From positions 1-64,000 of the forward strand of contig NIVC01001541.1 in assembly GCA_002269645.1 (NCBI GenBank): a stretch of 64,000 bases of DNA. Direction: 5' to 3'. Both the position numbers and the translations under genes were made by a program. Numbering within the stretch: the stretch's first letter is position 1; every line of letters starts with the position of its first letter. The stretch comes from Macrostomum lignano (Eukaryota). Below are positions 12,693 to 25,226 of the stretch, one piece after another. The notes below the pieces were generated by a model, which saw nothing but the letters and a program-made list of their open reading frames with translations, searched no databases and was not told the origin of the DNA.

Positions 12693-15219
12693 TCAGTCCG
12701 TCTTGTACGCCTCGCCCTCCGCCTCAGCCTGCTTGTGCTTTTTGTACATGAAGTACTCGTACACAACCACGATTATGGCGATGATGATCACCTCCACAAT
12801 GATGATGATCATAGGGGTCAGGTACGCCTGCGGGTGCTTCACCCGAAGGAAGATCTTGGCGGCGTTCGTGCCCTGGCTGTTGTTCGCGCTGCAAGGGTTC
12901 GGGCGGGCTGAGCTGCTGGTACCTGGCGTTTGAGACCCTCGTGACACAGTTTGAGCTCCTGACACCCTCTCAATGAGCTGACACCCTCTTAATGAGCTGC
13001 TGACACCCTCTTAATGAGCTGCTGACACCCTACTTAAGGAGCTGCTGACACCCTACTTAAAAAGCTGCTGACACCCTACTTAATGAGCTGCTGACACCCT
13101 ACTTAATGAACTCCTGACACCCTAACTAATGAGCTCCTGACACCCTCTTAATAAGCTCCTGACACCCTCTTATTGAACTCCTGATACCCTTTCTAATGAA
13201 CTCCTGACACCCTAACTAATGAGCTCCGAACACCCTCTTATTGAACTCCTGACACCTTAACTAATGAGCTCCTGACACCCTTACTAATGAACTCCTGACA
13301 CCTTAACTAATGAGCTCCTGACACCCTTACTAATGAACTCCTGACACCCTAACTAATGAGCCCCTGACACCCTACTTATTGAGCTCCTGACACCCTACTT
13401 ATTGAGCTCCTGACACCCCATGTTTGAAAGTTTCTTCTAATTTTTGGACCTCCTGACACTATAATTTGGAACTCTTTGACAATGACATTGTACTGTATAA
13501 AGTTCCGGAAATGCACCCGATACTGACATGTACATGTACAAACATGTACGAAATGAAGCTAGCTAATCATAATTAATTATCTGGCAAAGCGCCAGTCACC
13601 TGCAGGTGTAGAAGCCCCGGTGCTCATCGTAGTTGACGGCCTCCAGCACCAGGTTCGCCGTGCCGTTCCCGATGGTGGCTCCGTCCTTCTCCCGCTTCCA
13701 CTCCGGGCTGCCCGCGGGGTTGCCCTCCACTATGCAGCTCATCTGGATGTCCTGGCCGGGCCAGGCGCCCACATCCGACATGGTCACGCCGTCGATCTTG
13801 AAGCTGATGAGCGGCTTGGACTGCAGGCGGGCCCGGCCCTGCGCCTCCGGCTGGTCCGTCGCGCTGCCTGAAAGCGGTGGAGCCATGCGGACTGATGAGC
13901 CTGCGGCTTTTTTACATATACAACAGCTGGCAACACATACCCCGGCTAGCAACACACACCCCAGCTGGCAGCACAACCCCAGCTGGCAGCACAACCCCAG
14001 CTGGCAACACAACCCCAGCTGACAACACACACCCCAGCTGACAACACACACCCCAGCTGGCAACACATACCCCAGCTGGCAACACATACCCCAGCTGGCA
14101 ACACACATACCCCAGCTGACAACACACACCCCAGCTGACAACACACACCCCAGCTGGCAACACATACCTCAGCTGGCAACACATACCCCAGCTGACAACA
14201 CACACCCCAGCTGACAACACACACCCCAGCTGGCAACACACATACCCCAGCTGACAACACACACCCCAGCTGACAACACACACCCCAGCTGGCAACACAT
14301 ACCTCAGCTGGCAACACATACCCCAGCTGACAACACACACCCCAGCTGGCAACACACATACCCCAGCTGACAACACACACCCCAGCTGACAACACACACC
14401 CCAGCTGGCAACACACATACCCCAGCTGACAACACACACCCCAGCTGACAACACACACCCCAGCTGGCAACACATACCTCAGCTGGCAACACATACCCCA
14501 GCTGACAACACACACCCCAGCTGGCAACACACATACCCCAGCTGACAACACACACCCCAGCTGACAACACACACCCCACCTGGCAACACACACCCCACCT
14601 GGCAGCACAACCCCAGCTGGCAACACACACTCCAGCTGGCAACACACACCCCAGCTGGCAACACACACCCCAGCTGGCAGCACAACCCCAGCTGGCAACA
14701 CATACCCCAGCTGGCAACACATACCCCAGCTGGCAACACACACCCCAGCTGGCAACACACACCCCAGCTGGCAACACATACCCCAGCTGGCAGCACAACC
14801 CCAGCTGGCAACACACACTCCAGATTCCAGTAAAGTGAGCGGAAGTCAGTCCCACCTGTGCAGGTGTAGTTGGTGACGTGCTTGTTCTCTGGCCGCCGCA
14901 CGCTGAGGGTGGAGGTGAAATTCTTTTTATCCTCGGACAGCCGGCCACTGAAGCTGAAGCGCGAGTCCAGAGTGTCGTTGGAGCCTTCGATTTTCCAGTC
15001 GATTTTCGGGTCAACCAGCTTTGAGCTGTCGGAGGCGTACATGCTGCACTCCAGCACATCCAGGTACTGCCTGCTCAGCACGTACTTTGGCTCGCCCTCA
15101 CGGCCCTCCACCAGCTTCACAGTGTAGGTGGTGCCAGTGACGACCAGAGTCGCCCGGCTGGTTGCTAGGCAGCCCAGCAACAGCAGAGACAGAGTGAGCA
15201 GTCGGTGTTGAGCAGTCAT
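12693..15219 (-). CDS. Bsg: Basigin/neuroplastin (CD147)-family two-Ig membrane protein, 275 aa; exons 15219-14856, 13867-13600, 12888-12693
   Basis: Signal peptide and two Ig domains (C..W..NYTC; C..W..FYTC). TM LTPMIIIIVEVIIIAIIVVVYE carries the family-typical intramembrane Glu and YE. Exon lengths 364+268+196=828 nt stay in frame. Confidence 0.85.
12955..13420. repeat. Intronic minisatellite CTGACACCCT(A)CTTAATGAGCT(C/G), about 22-23 bp
   Basis: Tandem array in basigin-like intron 2. Confidence 0.92.
13920..14822. repeat. Intronic minisatellite CCCCAGCTG(G/A)CAACACA(C/T)A, about 19-21 bp
   Basis: Tandem array filling most of basigin-like intron 1. Confidence 0.95.
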
Positions 15220-15899
15220 TTCCTTTTCCTGGCTTCGTGTTTCTTCTCAGTCTTCTTCTTGTTTGCCTATCTGGGTCTGCCCGGGTCTGGGTCTGCACAC
15301 GGGCAAGCAAGATGAACGAACGCTTTTAAGACAGACCCGGCAAGCAAGAACTGTGCTGTTGGAGTTGGGGTGGGTGACGCTGTTGGCAGAACACGCGTTT
15401 GTTGCGGCCTTCTGTTGGTGTTTTAAGAGGCCAATGAATGGCGGGCGGTGGAGGTGGAGGTTGGGCACCGGCGCACACGGACTGTACACTGGGGAGTGGC
15501 CTTACCGGGCCCCGAGCCCGCTGCGTGGCGTCGGCTGCACTTGGTGGCTTGTAGGTTAACAAAAGCTGAGCGTCCCAATTTGCGAATTCTATTTGGGGCT
15601 ACGAAGTGCGTAAATTAATCTGGCTGGCTGGCGATAAACGGAGGGAGGTGAAGGCCGGCCTTCTTACCTGCCTGTGTCCGCGCCGCGGCCTGATAAGGCT
15701 CTGGGGCTGCGGCTGTTGGGGGGGGGGCTGTCCGCGGAAGGGGGCGGTCGCTCGGCGCCTCTGTTCAGCCACAGCCCCCCTCTCTTTAAAGCTGACTAAA
15801 GACAGGGACTTCTCAAAGTATAGCATCTGGACTGGAAGCTCCTGCCTACATGCATCTAACCTTATTGGGGCTAGAGCAAAGGTCGGCTAACTTTTTGAA

Positions 15900-16160
15900 G
15901 AGAATCTTGAGAATTTAGAAGAGGAGGGGAGAGAGAAGAGATGTGAAGAATGAAAAGGAGAGGAGAGGAGAGGAGAGGAGAGGAGAGGAGAGGAGAGGAG
16001 AGGAGGGGTGGGGAGGGGAGAAGAGATGTGAAGAAAGGAGAGGCGATGTGAAGACTAAGGGTGGAGAGGAGAGGAGATGTGAAGAGGAGAGGAGAGTATA
16101 GGAGAGGAGAGGAGAGAGGGGAGAGGAGGGGAGAGAAGAAGAGAAGAGAGGAGAGGAAAG
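15900..16160. repeat. (AGGAG)n purine-rich low-complexity tract
   Basis: Near-perfect AGGAG run at 15956-16003 within a polypurine region. Confidence 0.9.
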
Positions 16161-16661
16161 GAGAGTTTTTCATTATGTCACTGAAGAAGGCCTTCAAAAA
16201 TTCGGTCCTGTCTTGGTGCGAAGTACTCAAGAAGCTGTTTTAACTCCCTTGATTTTACAGTGATGTGTGAACCCATGTCTATTCCATGAAGATTCCAGTC
16301 CAGGAACTTGTATAGAGAAGTCCCTGACTAAATTCAAAGCCCCAACCCTCTTACCTCCCGCCCTCAAGTTTTTTTTTTGGGGTGGAGGGGCAGAGAGTCA
16401 GACGACCGCTTTGAACGGTTTGGTTGCAAAGAAGGCATTGCATGCAGAGTGAGGGGACCCGCCAGGCACTGCAGTGCCGTAGCTGGCATTTCTGGATCAA
16501 TTGAAGGAGCGCAGAGGAGGCTGTGACCAGCAGTTGTTAGCCTTTTTGTACCTATTTTTGGCCTGTAGTTTGGGTGGGTGGGTTGCAGGTCAGCTTTGAA
16601 TCACTGCGGAATTAGCTGCAACTGGGGAGCGTAACTCTCCAATCTTTGGTATTGAGAAGCT

Positions 16662-19600
16662 GAGGACTGAGCGAGACTGAGAGACTGGAGTGAGTGAGAC
16701 TGAGAGATTGGAGTGAGTGAGACTGAGAGATTGGAGTGAGTGAGACTGAGAGATTGGAGTGAGTGAGACTGAGAGATTGGAGTGAGTGAGACTGAGAGAT
16801 TGGAGTGAGTGAGACTGAGAGATTGGAGCGAGTGAGACTGAGAGATTAGAGTGAGTGAGACTTAGAGATTGGACTGAGTGAGACTTAGAGATTAGACTGA
16901 GTGAGACTTAGAGATTGGACTGAGTGAGACTGAGAGATTGGAGTGAGTGAGACTGAGAGACTGGAGTGAGTGAGACTGAGAGATTGGAGTGAGTGAGACT
17001 GAGAGATTGGAGCGAGTGAGACTGAGAGATTGGAGTGAGTGAGACTTAGAGATTGGACTGAGTGAGACTTAGAGATTGGACTGAGTGAGACTTAGAGATT
17101 GGAGTGAGTGAGACTTAGAGCCTGGACTGAGTGAGACTGAGAGATTGGAGTGAGTGAGACTGAGAGATTGGAGTGAGTGAGACTGAGAGATTGGAGTGAG
17201 TGAGACTGAGAGACTGGAGTGAGTGAGACTTAGAGATTGGAGTGAGTGAGACTGAGAGATTGGAGTGAGTGAGACTGAGAGATTGGAGTGAGTGAGACTG
17301 AGAGATTGGAGTGAGTGAGACTGAGAGATTGGAGTGAGTGAGACTGAGAGATTGGAGTGAGTGAGACTGAGAGATTGGAGTGAGTAAGACTGAGAGATTG
17401 GAGTGAGTGAGACTGAGAGATTGGAGTGAGTGAGACTGAGAGATTGGAGTGAGTGAGACTTAGAGAGATTGGAGTGAGTGAGACTTAGAGATTGGAGTGA
17501 GTGAGACTTAGAGATTGGAGTGAGTGAGACTTAGAGACATTGAAGTGAGTGAGACTGAGAGATTGGAGTGAGTGAGACTGAGAGATTGGAGTGAGTGAGA
17601 CTGATAGATTGGAGTGAATGAGACAGAGATTGGAGTGAGTGAGACTGAGAGATTGGAGTGAGTGAGACTGAGAGATTGGAGTGAGTGAGACTGAGAAACT
17701 GGAGTGAGTGAGACTGAGAGATTGGAGTGAGTGAGACTGAGAAACTGGAGTGAGTGAGACTGAGAGATTGGAGTGAGTGAGACTGGAGATTGGATAGGAG
17801 TGAGTGAGACTGAGAGATTGGGGTGAGTGAGACTGGAGATTGGACAGGAGTGAGTGAGACTGAGAGATTGGAGTGAGTGAGACTGAGAGATTGGAGTGAG
17901 TGAGACTGAGAGATTGGAGTGAGTGAGACTTAGAGATTAGAGTGAGTGAGACTTAGAGATTGGAGTGAGTGAGACTTAGAGATTGGAGTGAGTGAGACTT
18001 AGAGATTGGAGTGAGTGAGACTGGAGATTGGACAGGAGTGAGTGAGACTGGAGATTGGACAGGAGTGAGTGAGACTGGAGATTGGACAGGAGTGAGTGAG
18101 ACTGAGGGATTGGAGTGAGTGAGACTAAGAGACAGGAGTGAGTGAGACTGGAGATTGGAGTGAGTGAGACTGGAGATTGGACAGGAGTGAGTGAGACTGA
18201 GAGATTGGAGCGAGTGAGACTGAGAGATTGGAGTGAGTGAGACTAAGAGACAGGAGTGAATGAGACTGGAGATTAGAGTGAGTGAGACTGAGAGATTGGA
18301 GTTGTTGAGACTGAGAGATTGGAGTGAGTGAGACTGAAGAGATTAGAGTGAGTGAGACTGAGAGATTGGAGTGAGTGAGACTGAAGAGATTAGAGTGAGT
18401 GAGACTGAGAGATTGGAGTGAGTGAGACTTAGAGATTGGAGTGAGCGAGACTGAGAGATTGGAGTGAGTGAGACTGAGAGATTACAGTGAGTGAGACTTA
18501 GAGATTGGACTGAGTGAGACTTAGAGATTGGAGTGAGTGAGACTTAGAGATTGGAGTGAGTGAGACTGAGAGATTGGAGTGAGTGAGACTGAGAGATTGG
18601 AGTGAGTGAGACTGAGAGATTGGAGTGAGTGAGACTGAGAGATTGGAGTGAGTGAGACTGAGAGATTGGAGTGAGTAAGACTGAGAGATTGGAGTGAGTG
18701 AGACTGAGAGATTGGAGTGAGTGAGACTGAGAGATTGGAGTGAGTGAGACTTAGAGAGATTGGAGTGAGTGAGACTTAGAGATTGGAGTGAGTGAGACTT
18801 AGAGATTGGAGTGAGTGAGACTTAGAGACATTGGAGTGAGTGAGACTGAGAGATTGGAGTGAGTGAGACTGAGAGATATGAGTGAGTGAGACTGATAGAT
18901 TGGAGTGAATGAGACAGAGATTGGAGTGAGTGAGACTGAGAGATTGGAGTGAGTGAGACTGAGAGATTGGAGTGAGTGAGACTGAGAGATTGGAGTGAGT
19001 GAGACTGAGAGATTGGAGTGAGTGAGACTGAGAAACTGGAGTGAGTGAGACTGAGAGATTGGAGTGAGTGAGACTGGAGATTGGACAGGAGTGAGTGAGA
19101 CTGAGAGATTGGGGTGAGTGAGACTGGAGATTGGACAGGAGTGAGTGAGACTGAGAGATTGGAGTGAGTGAGACTGAGAGATTGGAGTGAGTGAGACTGA
19201 GAGATTGGAGTGAGTGAGACTGAGAGATTGGAGTGAGTGAGACTGAGAGATTGGAGTGAGTGAGACTGAGAGATTGGAGTGAGTGAGACTAAGAGACAGG
19301 AGTGAGTGAGACTTAGAGATTGGAGTGAGTGAGACTTAGAGATTGGAGTGAGTGAGACTTGGAGATTAGAGTGAGTGAGACTTAGAGATTGGAGTGAGTG
19401 AGACTTAGAGATTGGAGTGAGTGAGACTTAGAGATTGGAGTGAGTGAGACTGGAGATTGGACAGGAGTGAGTGAGACTGGAGATTGGACAGGAGTGAGTG
19501 AGACTGAGGGATTGGAGTGAGTGAGACTAAGAGACAGGAGTGAGTGAGACTGAGAGATTGGAGTGAGTGAGACTGAGAGATTGGAGTGAGGAAGACTGAG

Positions 19601-21018
19601 AGATTGGAGTGAGTGAGACTGAGAGATTGGAGCGAGTGAGACTGAGAGATTGGAGTGAGTGAGACTAAGAGACAAAGGTGAATGAGACTGGAGATTAGAG
19701 TGAGTGAGACTGAGAGATTGGAGTTGTTGAGACTGAGAGATTGGAGTGAGTGAGACTGAGAGATTGGAGTGAGTGAGACTGAAGAGATTGGAGTGAGTGA
19801 GACTGAGAGATTGGAGTGAGTGAGACTTAGAGATTGGAGTGAGTGAGACTTAGAGATTGGAGTGAGTGAGACTTAGAGATTGGAGTGAGTGAGACTTAGA
19901 GATTGGAGGGAGTGAGACTTAGAGATTGGAGTGAGTGAGACTGGAGATTGGACAGGAGTGAGTGAGACTGGAGATTGGACAGGAGTGAGTGAGACTGAGG
20001 GATTGGAGTGAGTGAGACTAAGAGACAGGAGTGAGTGAGACTGGAGATTGGAGTGAGTGAGACTGAGAGATTGGAGTGAGTGAGACTGAGAGATTGGAGT
20101 GAGTGAGACTGAGACATTGGAGTGAGTGAGACTTAGAGATTGGAGTGAGTGAGACTTAGAGATTGGAGGGAGTGAGACTTAGAGATTGGAGTGAGTGAGA
20201 CTGGAGATTGGACAGGAGTGAGTGAGACTGGAGATTGGACAGGAGTGAGTGAGACTGAGGGATTGGAGTGAGTGAGACTAAGAGACAGGAGTGAGTGAGA
20301 CTGGAGATTGGAGTGAGTGAGACTGGAGATTGGACAGGAGTGAGTGAGACTGAGAGATTGGAGCGAGTGAGACTGAGAGATTGGAGTGAGTGAGACTAAG
20401 AGACAGGAGTGAATGAGACTGGAGATTAGAGTGAGTGAGACTGAGAGATTGGAGTTGTTGAGACTGAGAGATTGGAGTGAGTGAGACTGAGAGATTGGAG
20501 TTGTTGAGACTGAGAGATTGGAGTGAGTGAGACTGAAGAGATTAGAGTGAGTGAGACTGAGAGATTGGAGTGAGTGAGACTGAAGAGATTAGAGTGAGTG
20601 AGACTTAGAGATTGGAGTGAGCGAGACTGAGAGATTGGAGTGAGTGAGACTGAGAGATTACAGTGAGTGAGACTTAGAGATTGGACTGAGTGAGACTTAG
20701 AGATTGGAGTGAGTGAGACTTAGAGATTGGAGTGAGTGAGACTGAGAGATTGGAGTGAGTGAGACTGAGAGATTAGAGTGAGTGAGACTGAGAGATTGGA
20801 GCGAGTGAGACTGAGAGATTGGAGTGAGTGAGTTTCACTTAGAGATTGGAGTGAGTGAGACTTAGAGATTGGAGTGAGTGAGACTTAGAGATTGGAGTGA
20901 GTGAGACTGAGAGATTGGAGTGAGTGAGACTGAGACATTGGAGTGAGTGAGACTGAGAGATTGGAGTGAGTGAGACTGAGAGATTGGAGTGAGTGAGACT
21001 GAGAGATTGGAGTGAGTG
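16662..21018. repeat. 4.35-kb minisatellite array, unit about 23 bp GAGATTGGAGTGAGTGAGACT(GA/TA)
   Basis: Continuous tandem array with recurring variant blocks. Confidence 0.97.
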
Positions 21019-21529
21019 GTGTGCTGTGAATAGAATAGCTTTGAATGCCATAATGCCACAATGCCACACGTGAGCTGCTACCCTCTCAAGACTTTGGTCA
21101 ATGAAATCTGGAGGCAAAAGTGAGTGAGTAGAGCTATCAAGTCTTGAGAGAGAGCTAGGGTGACCTGAGCAAGTGTCTCAGAGATAAGGACCGAAGTCTG
21201 CAGCAGCTCAGCTCATGCAGTGACAGAATTTCGGCAGACCTGCAATGCTGCTTTCAATGGCTTATCGCTGTCATGCCGATCTGGCAGATCTAAACTAGCA
21301 ATTATAGGCTCGTAGAATTACAGAATTTTTATTTTTGAATTCAAGTTGATCGCATTTTTGGCAACTGTTTGGTTTATTTATAGATGAGATAAAATGCTTG
21401 GCGCTGATTGTTGACAGATAGCGGAGCAGGCCCAGCTCAAGATTGCTGAGGGCTCTTGGTGAGTGGGGCTGGGCGCTTTTAGCGAAAACCTGGCGCAACT
21501 GATTCAAGTTTGACGCCTGTGGGTGCTTT

Positions 21530-22190
21530 GCGCCATCTATTCCAGTCTGGCGCCCTCTATTCCAGTCTGGCGCCCTCTATTCCAGTCTGGCGCCCTCTAT
21601 TCCAGTCTGGCGCCCTCTATTCCAGTCTGGCGCCCTCTATTCCAGTCTGGCGCCCTCTATTCCAGTCTGGCGCCCTCTATTCCAGTCTGGCGCCCTCTAT
21701 TCCAGTCTGGCGCCCTCTAATCCAGTCTGACGCCCTCTAATCCAGTCTGACGCCCTCTAATCCAGTCTGACGCCCTCTATTCCAGTCTGGCGCCCTCTAT
21801 TCCAGTCTGGCGCCCTCTATTCCAGTCTGACGCCCTCTATTCCAGTCTGGCGCCCTCTATTCCAGTCTGGCGCCCTCTATTCCAGTCTGGCGCCCTCTAT
21901 TCCAGTCTGGCGCCCTCTATTCCTGTCTAGCGCCCTCTATTCCAGTCTGGCGCCCTCTATTCCTCTCTATTCCAGTCTGACGCCCTCTAATCCAGTCTGA
22001 CGCCCTCTAATCCGGTCTGACGCTCTCTAATCCAGTCTGACGCCCTCTAATCCAGTCTGACGCCCTCTAATCCAGTCTGACGCCCTCTAATCCAGTCTGA
22101 CGCCCTCTAATCCAGTCTGACGCCCTCTAATCCAGTCTGACGCCCTCTAATCCAGTCTGACGCCCTCTAGTCCAGCCTGACGCCCTCGAT
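21530..22190. repeat. 20-bp minisatellite TCCAGTCTG(G/A)CGCCCTCTA(T/A)
   Basis: About 33 tandem copies. Confidence 0.95.
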
Positions 22191-22577
22191 TCAAGTTTAG
22201 CGCACTAATTTAAGCTTGTCACCCTTTCGTACCAAAGGCCCATTAAAGATCGCGCTGTCCCCCAGCGCTTGCACAAGCGAAATGTCAGCTGGCCATCCAT
22301 GCACGACAGCAAGACAAGGGAAATGTCACGCTTGGCCTGGCAATTGGGATTCGTATTTCACTGCAATCCCTCCTGTTTCAGAGACAGCCTCCCGATGGGC
22401 TGGGGTGGCAAGGGAAGTCAGCAAGAGTGCCTGGATCGGCAACTGCGCTTGCGCACTGGAAACTGAGATTTGCGATTGATGAATTGCTTTATCAGAGTCC
22501 TGCATCCTGCTCAATAAACTTGACTGTCTTATGATATGGAATAATGGGTTTTTGCTCTATGGATGAAATATCTCAGA

Positions 22578-23890
22578 TTGGCACCCCCTGACTCTCAGAT
22601 TGGCGCCCTCTGACACTCAGATTGGCGCCCCCTGACCCTCAGATTGGCGCCCCCTGACCCTCAAATTGGCGCTCTCCCCTGACCCTCAGATTGGCGCTCT
22701 CCTCCTGACTCTCAGATTGGCACTCTCCTCCTGACTCTCAGCTTGACGCCCTCCCCTGACTCTCAGCTTGGCGCCCTCCTCCTGACTCTCAGATTGGCGC
22801 CCTCTGACTCTCAGCTTGGCGCCCTCCTCCTGACTCTCAGATTGGCACTCTCCTCCTGACTCTCAGCTTGACGCCCTCCCCTGACTCTCAGCTTGGCGCC
22901 CTCCTCCTGACTCTCAGATTGGCGCCCTCTGACTCTCAGCTTGGCGCCCTCCTCCTGACTCTCAGATTGGCGCCCTCTGACTCTCAGATTGGCGCCCTCC
23001 CCTGACTCTCAGCTTGACGCCCTCCTCTGACTCTCAGATTGGCGCCCTCTGACTCTCAGATTGGCGCCCTCTGACTCTCAGATTGGCGCCCTCTGACTCT
23101 CAGATTGGCGCCCTCTGACTCTTAGTTTGGAGCTCTCCCCTGACTCTCAGCTTGACGCCCTCCCCTGACTCCCAGCTTGGAGGCCTCCCCCTGACTCTCA
23201 GCTTGGCGCCCTCCTCCTGACTCTAAGATTGGCGCTCTCCTCCTGACTCTCAGATTGGCACCCTCCTCCTGACTCTCAGATTGGCGCCCTCCTCCTGACT
23301 CTCAGCTTGGTGCCCTCCTCCTGACTCTCAGATTGGCGCCCTCTGACTCTCAGATTGGCGCCCTCTGACTCTTAGTTTGGAGCCCTCCCCTGACTCTCAG
23401 CTTGACGCCCTCCCCTGACTCTCAGCTTGGAGGCCTCCCCCTGACTCTCAGCTTGGCGCCCTCCTCCTGACTCTAAGATTGGCGCTCTCCTCCTGACTCT
23501 CAGATTGGCACCCTCCTCCTGACTCTCAGATTGGCACCCTCCTCCTGACTCTCAGATTGGCGCCCTCCTCCTGACTCTCAGCTTGGTGCCCTCCTCCTGA
23601 CTCTCAGATTGGCGCCCTCCTTCTGACTCTCAGATTGGCGCCCTCCTTCTGACTCTCAGATTGGCGCCCTCCTTCTGACTCTCAGATTGGCGCTCTCCTC
23701 CTGACTCTCAGCTTGGAGCTCTCCCCCTGACTCTCAGATTGGCGCTCCCTGACTCTCAGCTCGGTGCCCCTGACTCTCAGCTTGGCGCCCCCTGACTCTC
23801 TCAGATTGGCGCTCCTTGACTCTCAGCTCGGTGCCCCTGACTCTCAGCTTGGCGCCCCCTGACTTTCAGCTTGGCGCTCCCTGACTCTCA
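22578..23890. repeat. Minisatellite CTGACTCTCAG(A/C)TTGGCGCCCT(CCT)C, about 22-26 bp
   Basis: Imperfect tandem array. Confidence 0.93.
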
Positions 23891-23899
23891 GCTTTATAT

Positions 23900-24900
23900 G
23901 CTCACTACTAGCTTAGCGCCCCACTCCAACCTGCCCAGCCCCCAAAGGCCATCTGTACTTGGTCGAGCGCAGGCCATGGAGAAGCCGTGGCAAAAAGTGT
24001 TCTGTCGGGTTGCAGCTGCACTCGCTGACCTCAGATCTGAGGTTGCCGGGTCGCTCCCCGGGAGGCAGTGCTCGCTCGCTAATTCCCTTTCATAGTCGCT
24101 CCCCAGCCTCGCGCTCTCCATCTCAAGTGCTATGTGTGACAAAAATCCCTGACAAGTTCCACTCAACGCGCTGTCGATCCCGCCAAGCCAGCCTGCCCTT
24201 CCGTCCTCACCGACAGGCGCAGATGGGCAATCTTTGGAGAGTTTGCCTAGGAAAACCGCTCTGGCCCTTTGCTTGGCCTGACTAACTGGGTTAGGGGTCA
24301 TTTGAAGCGGGCATCCATGAGCTGAGACCCAGAGGCCGCTGTTCACGCGCTGGTGTCGGTGCGCAGGTGCGGACGTGTACAGCAGGTGTACGAGCTACCA
24401 CAGGGTGTACAGCAGGCCCTGCTTGGACCCAACCGCAGGGACATCAGGGCGGTGACCATGGCCATCTCGGGTCATGGCTGTTTCGCCAGACATCGTCACC
24501 TTCAGGGAAAAATCCGTAGTGAGAAATGCCCATTCTGCCTCGCCTTCTGTGAATGCCCCGCCTTTACTCAGGACAGGCTCAACTACCTCAGCCCAAACCC
24601 GGACCTCTCCGACGTTTTCAGGCCCGAGAATCTCTGCCAGCTCGTCCGCTACCTAAAGGCTACCGGGCGAGCGACAATCCACCTCCTGGACTCTCCGGAG
24701 GGGGACCGCGCTGCAGACACCCGCAGCACCGAATCTCCCTGCGCGACACCGCAACACCAGCTGCCCGTGGTCGCCAGGGGTCATGGGCGGCAACGCCTCC
24801 TCGCTACATCCGGGTGCACGGAGCCCCCTGCAGCCAAGTCAATTAATTCAAGGGTGTACACTCTGGGCCATTGGGTTGGGCCTCGCATACAGACGGGAAA
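23900..24900 (+). mobile_element. Decayed 3' end of an RNase H-containing non-LTR retrotransposon (LOA/R1/I group)
   Basis: Disrupted RNase H motifs (SEVAG, LNALS, NWVRGH), followed by [26 protein letters not shown]...CPFC...CECPAF..RLNYL, typical of LOA/R1-type C-termini. Confidence 0.6.
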
Positions 24901-25226
24901 TTTCCGGGTATGGAACCCAAAAAACTGGAGTCTATATTGACAGAAAAAAAATTAAATTAGTCAATTTAAACAAGTTTAGAGATTTTCCTATCAAATATGG
25001 CACGCTGAGTAAACATACAAATAATATTTTGGCTGAGTACAATTATGATTTTGGCTGAGTAAACATGCAATTATGATTTTGGCTGAGTAAAAGCGGATGA
25101 GCTGTTAGCTATGATGTTATTTGTACACAAGCAGATTCCGCAATTCAATGTGTGCTCAAGGTGAGACGAAAGTGTACGCTGTCTTTTCTCATCTGAGGTT
25201 TTTTTCTCGCCGAGTTCTCTTGCCCA

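Noticed and set aside
16662-23890. CRISPR-like appearance of the tandem arrays
   Set aside because: No unique spacers, no cas genes, and a eukaryotic context.
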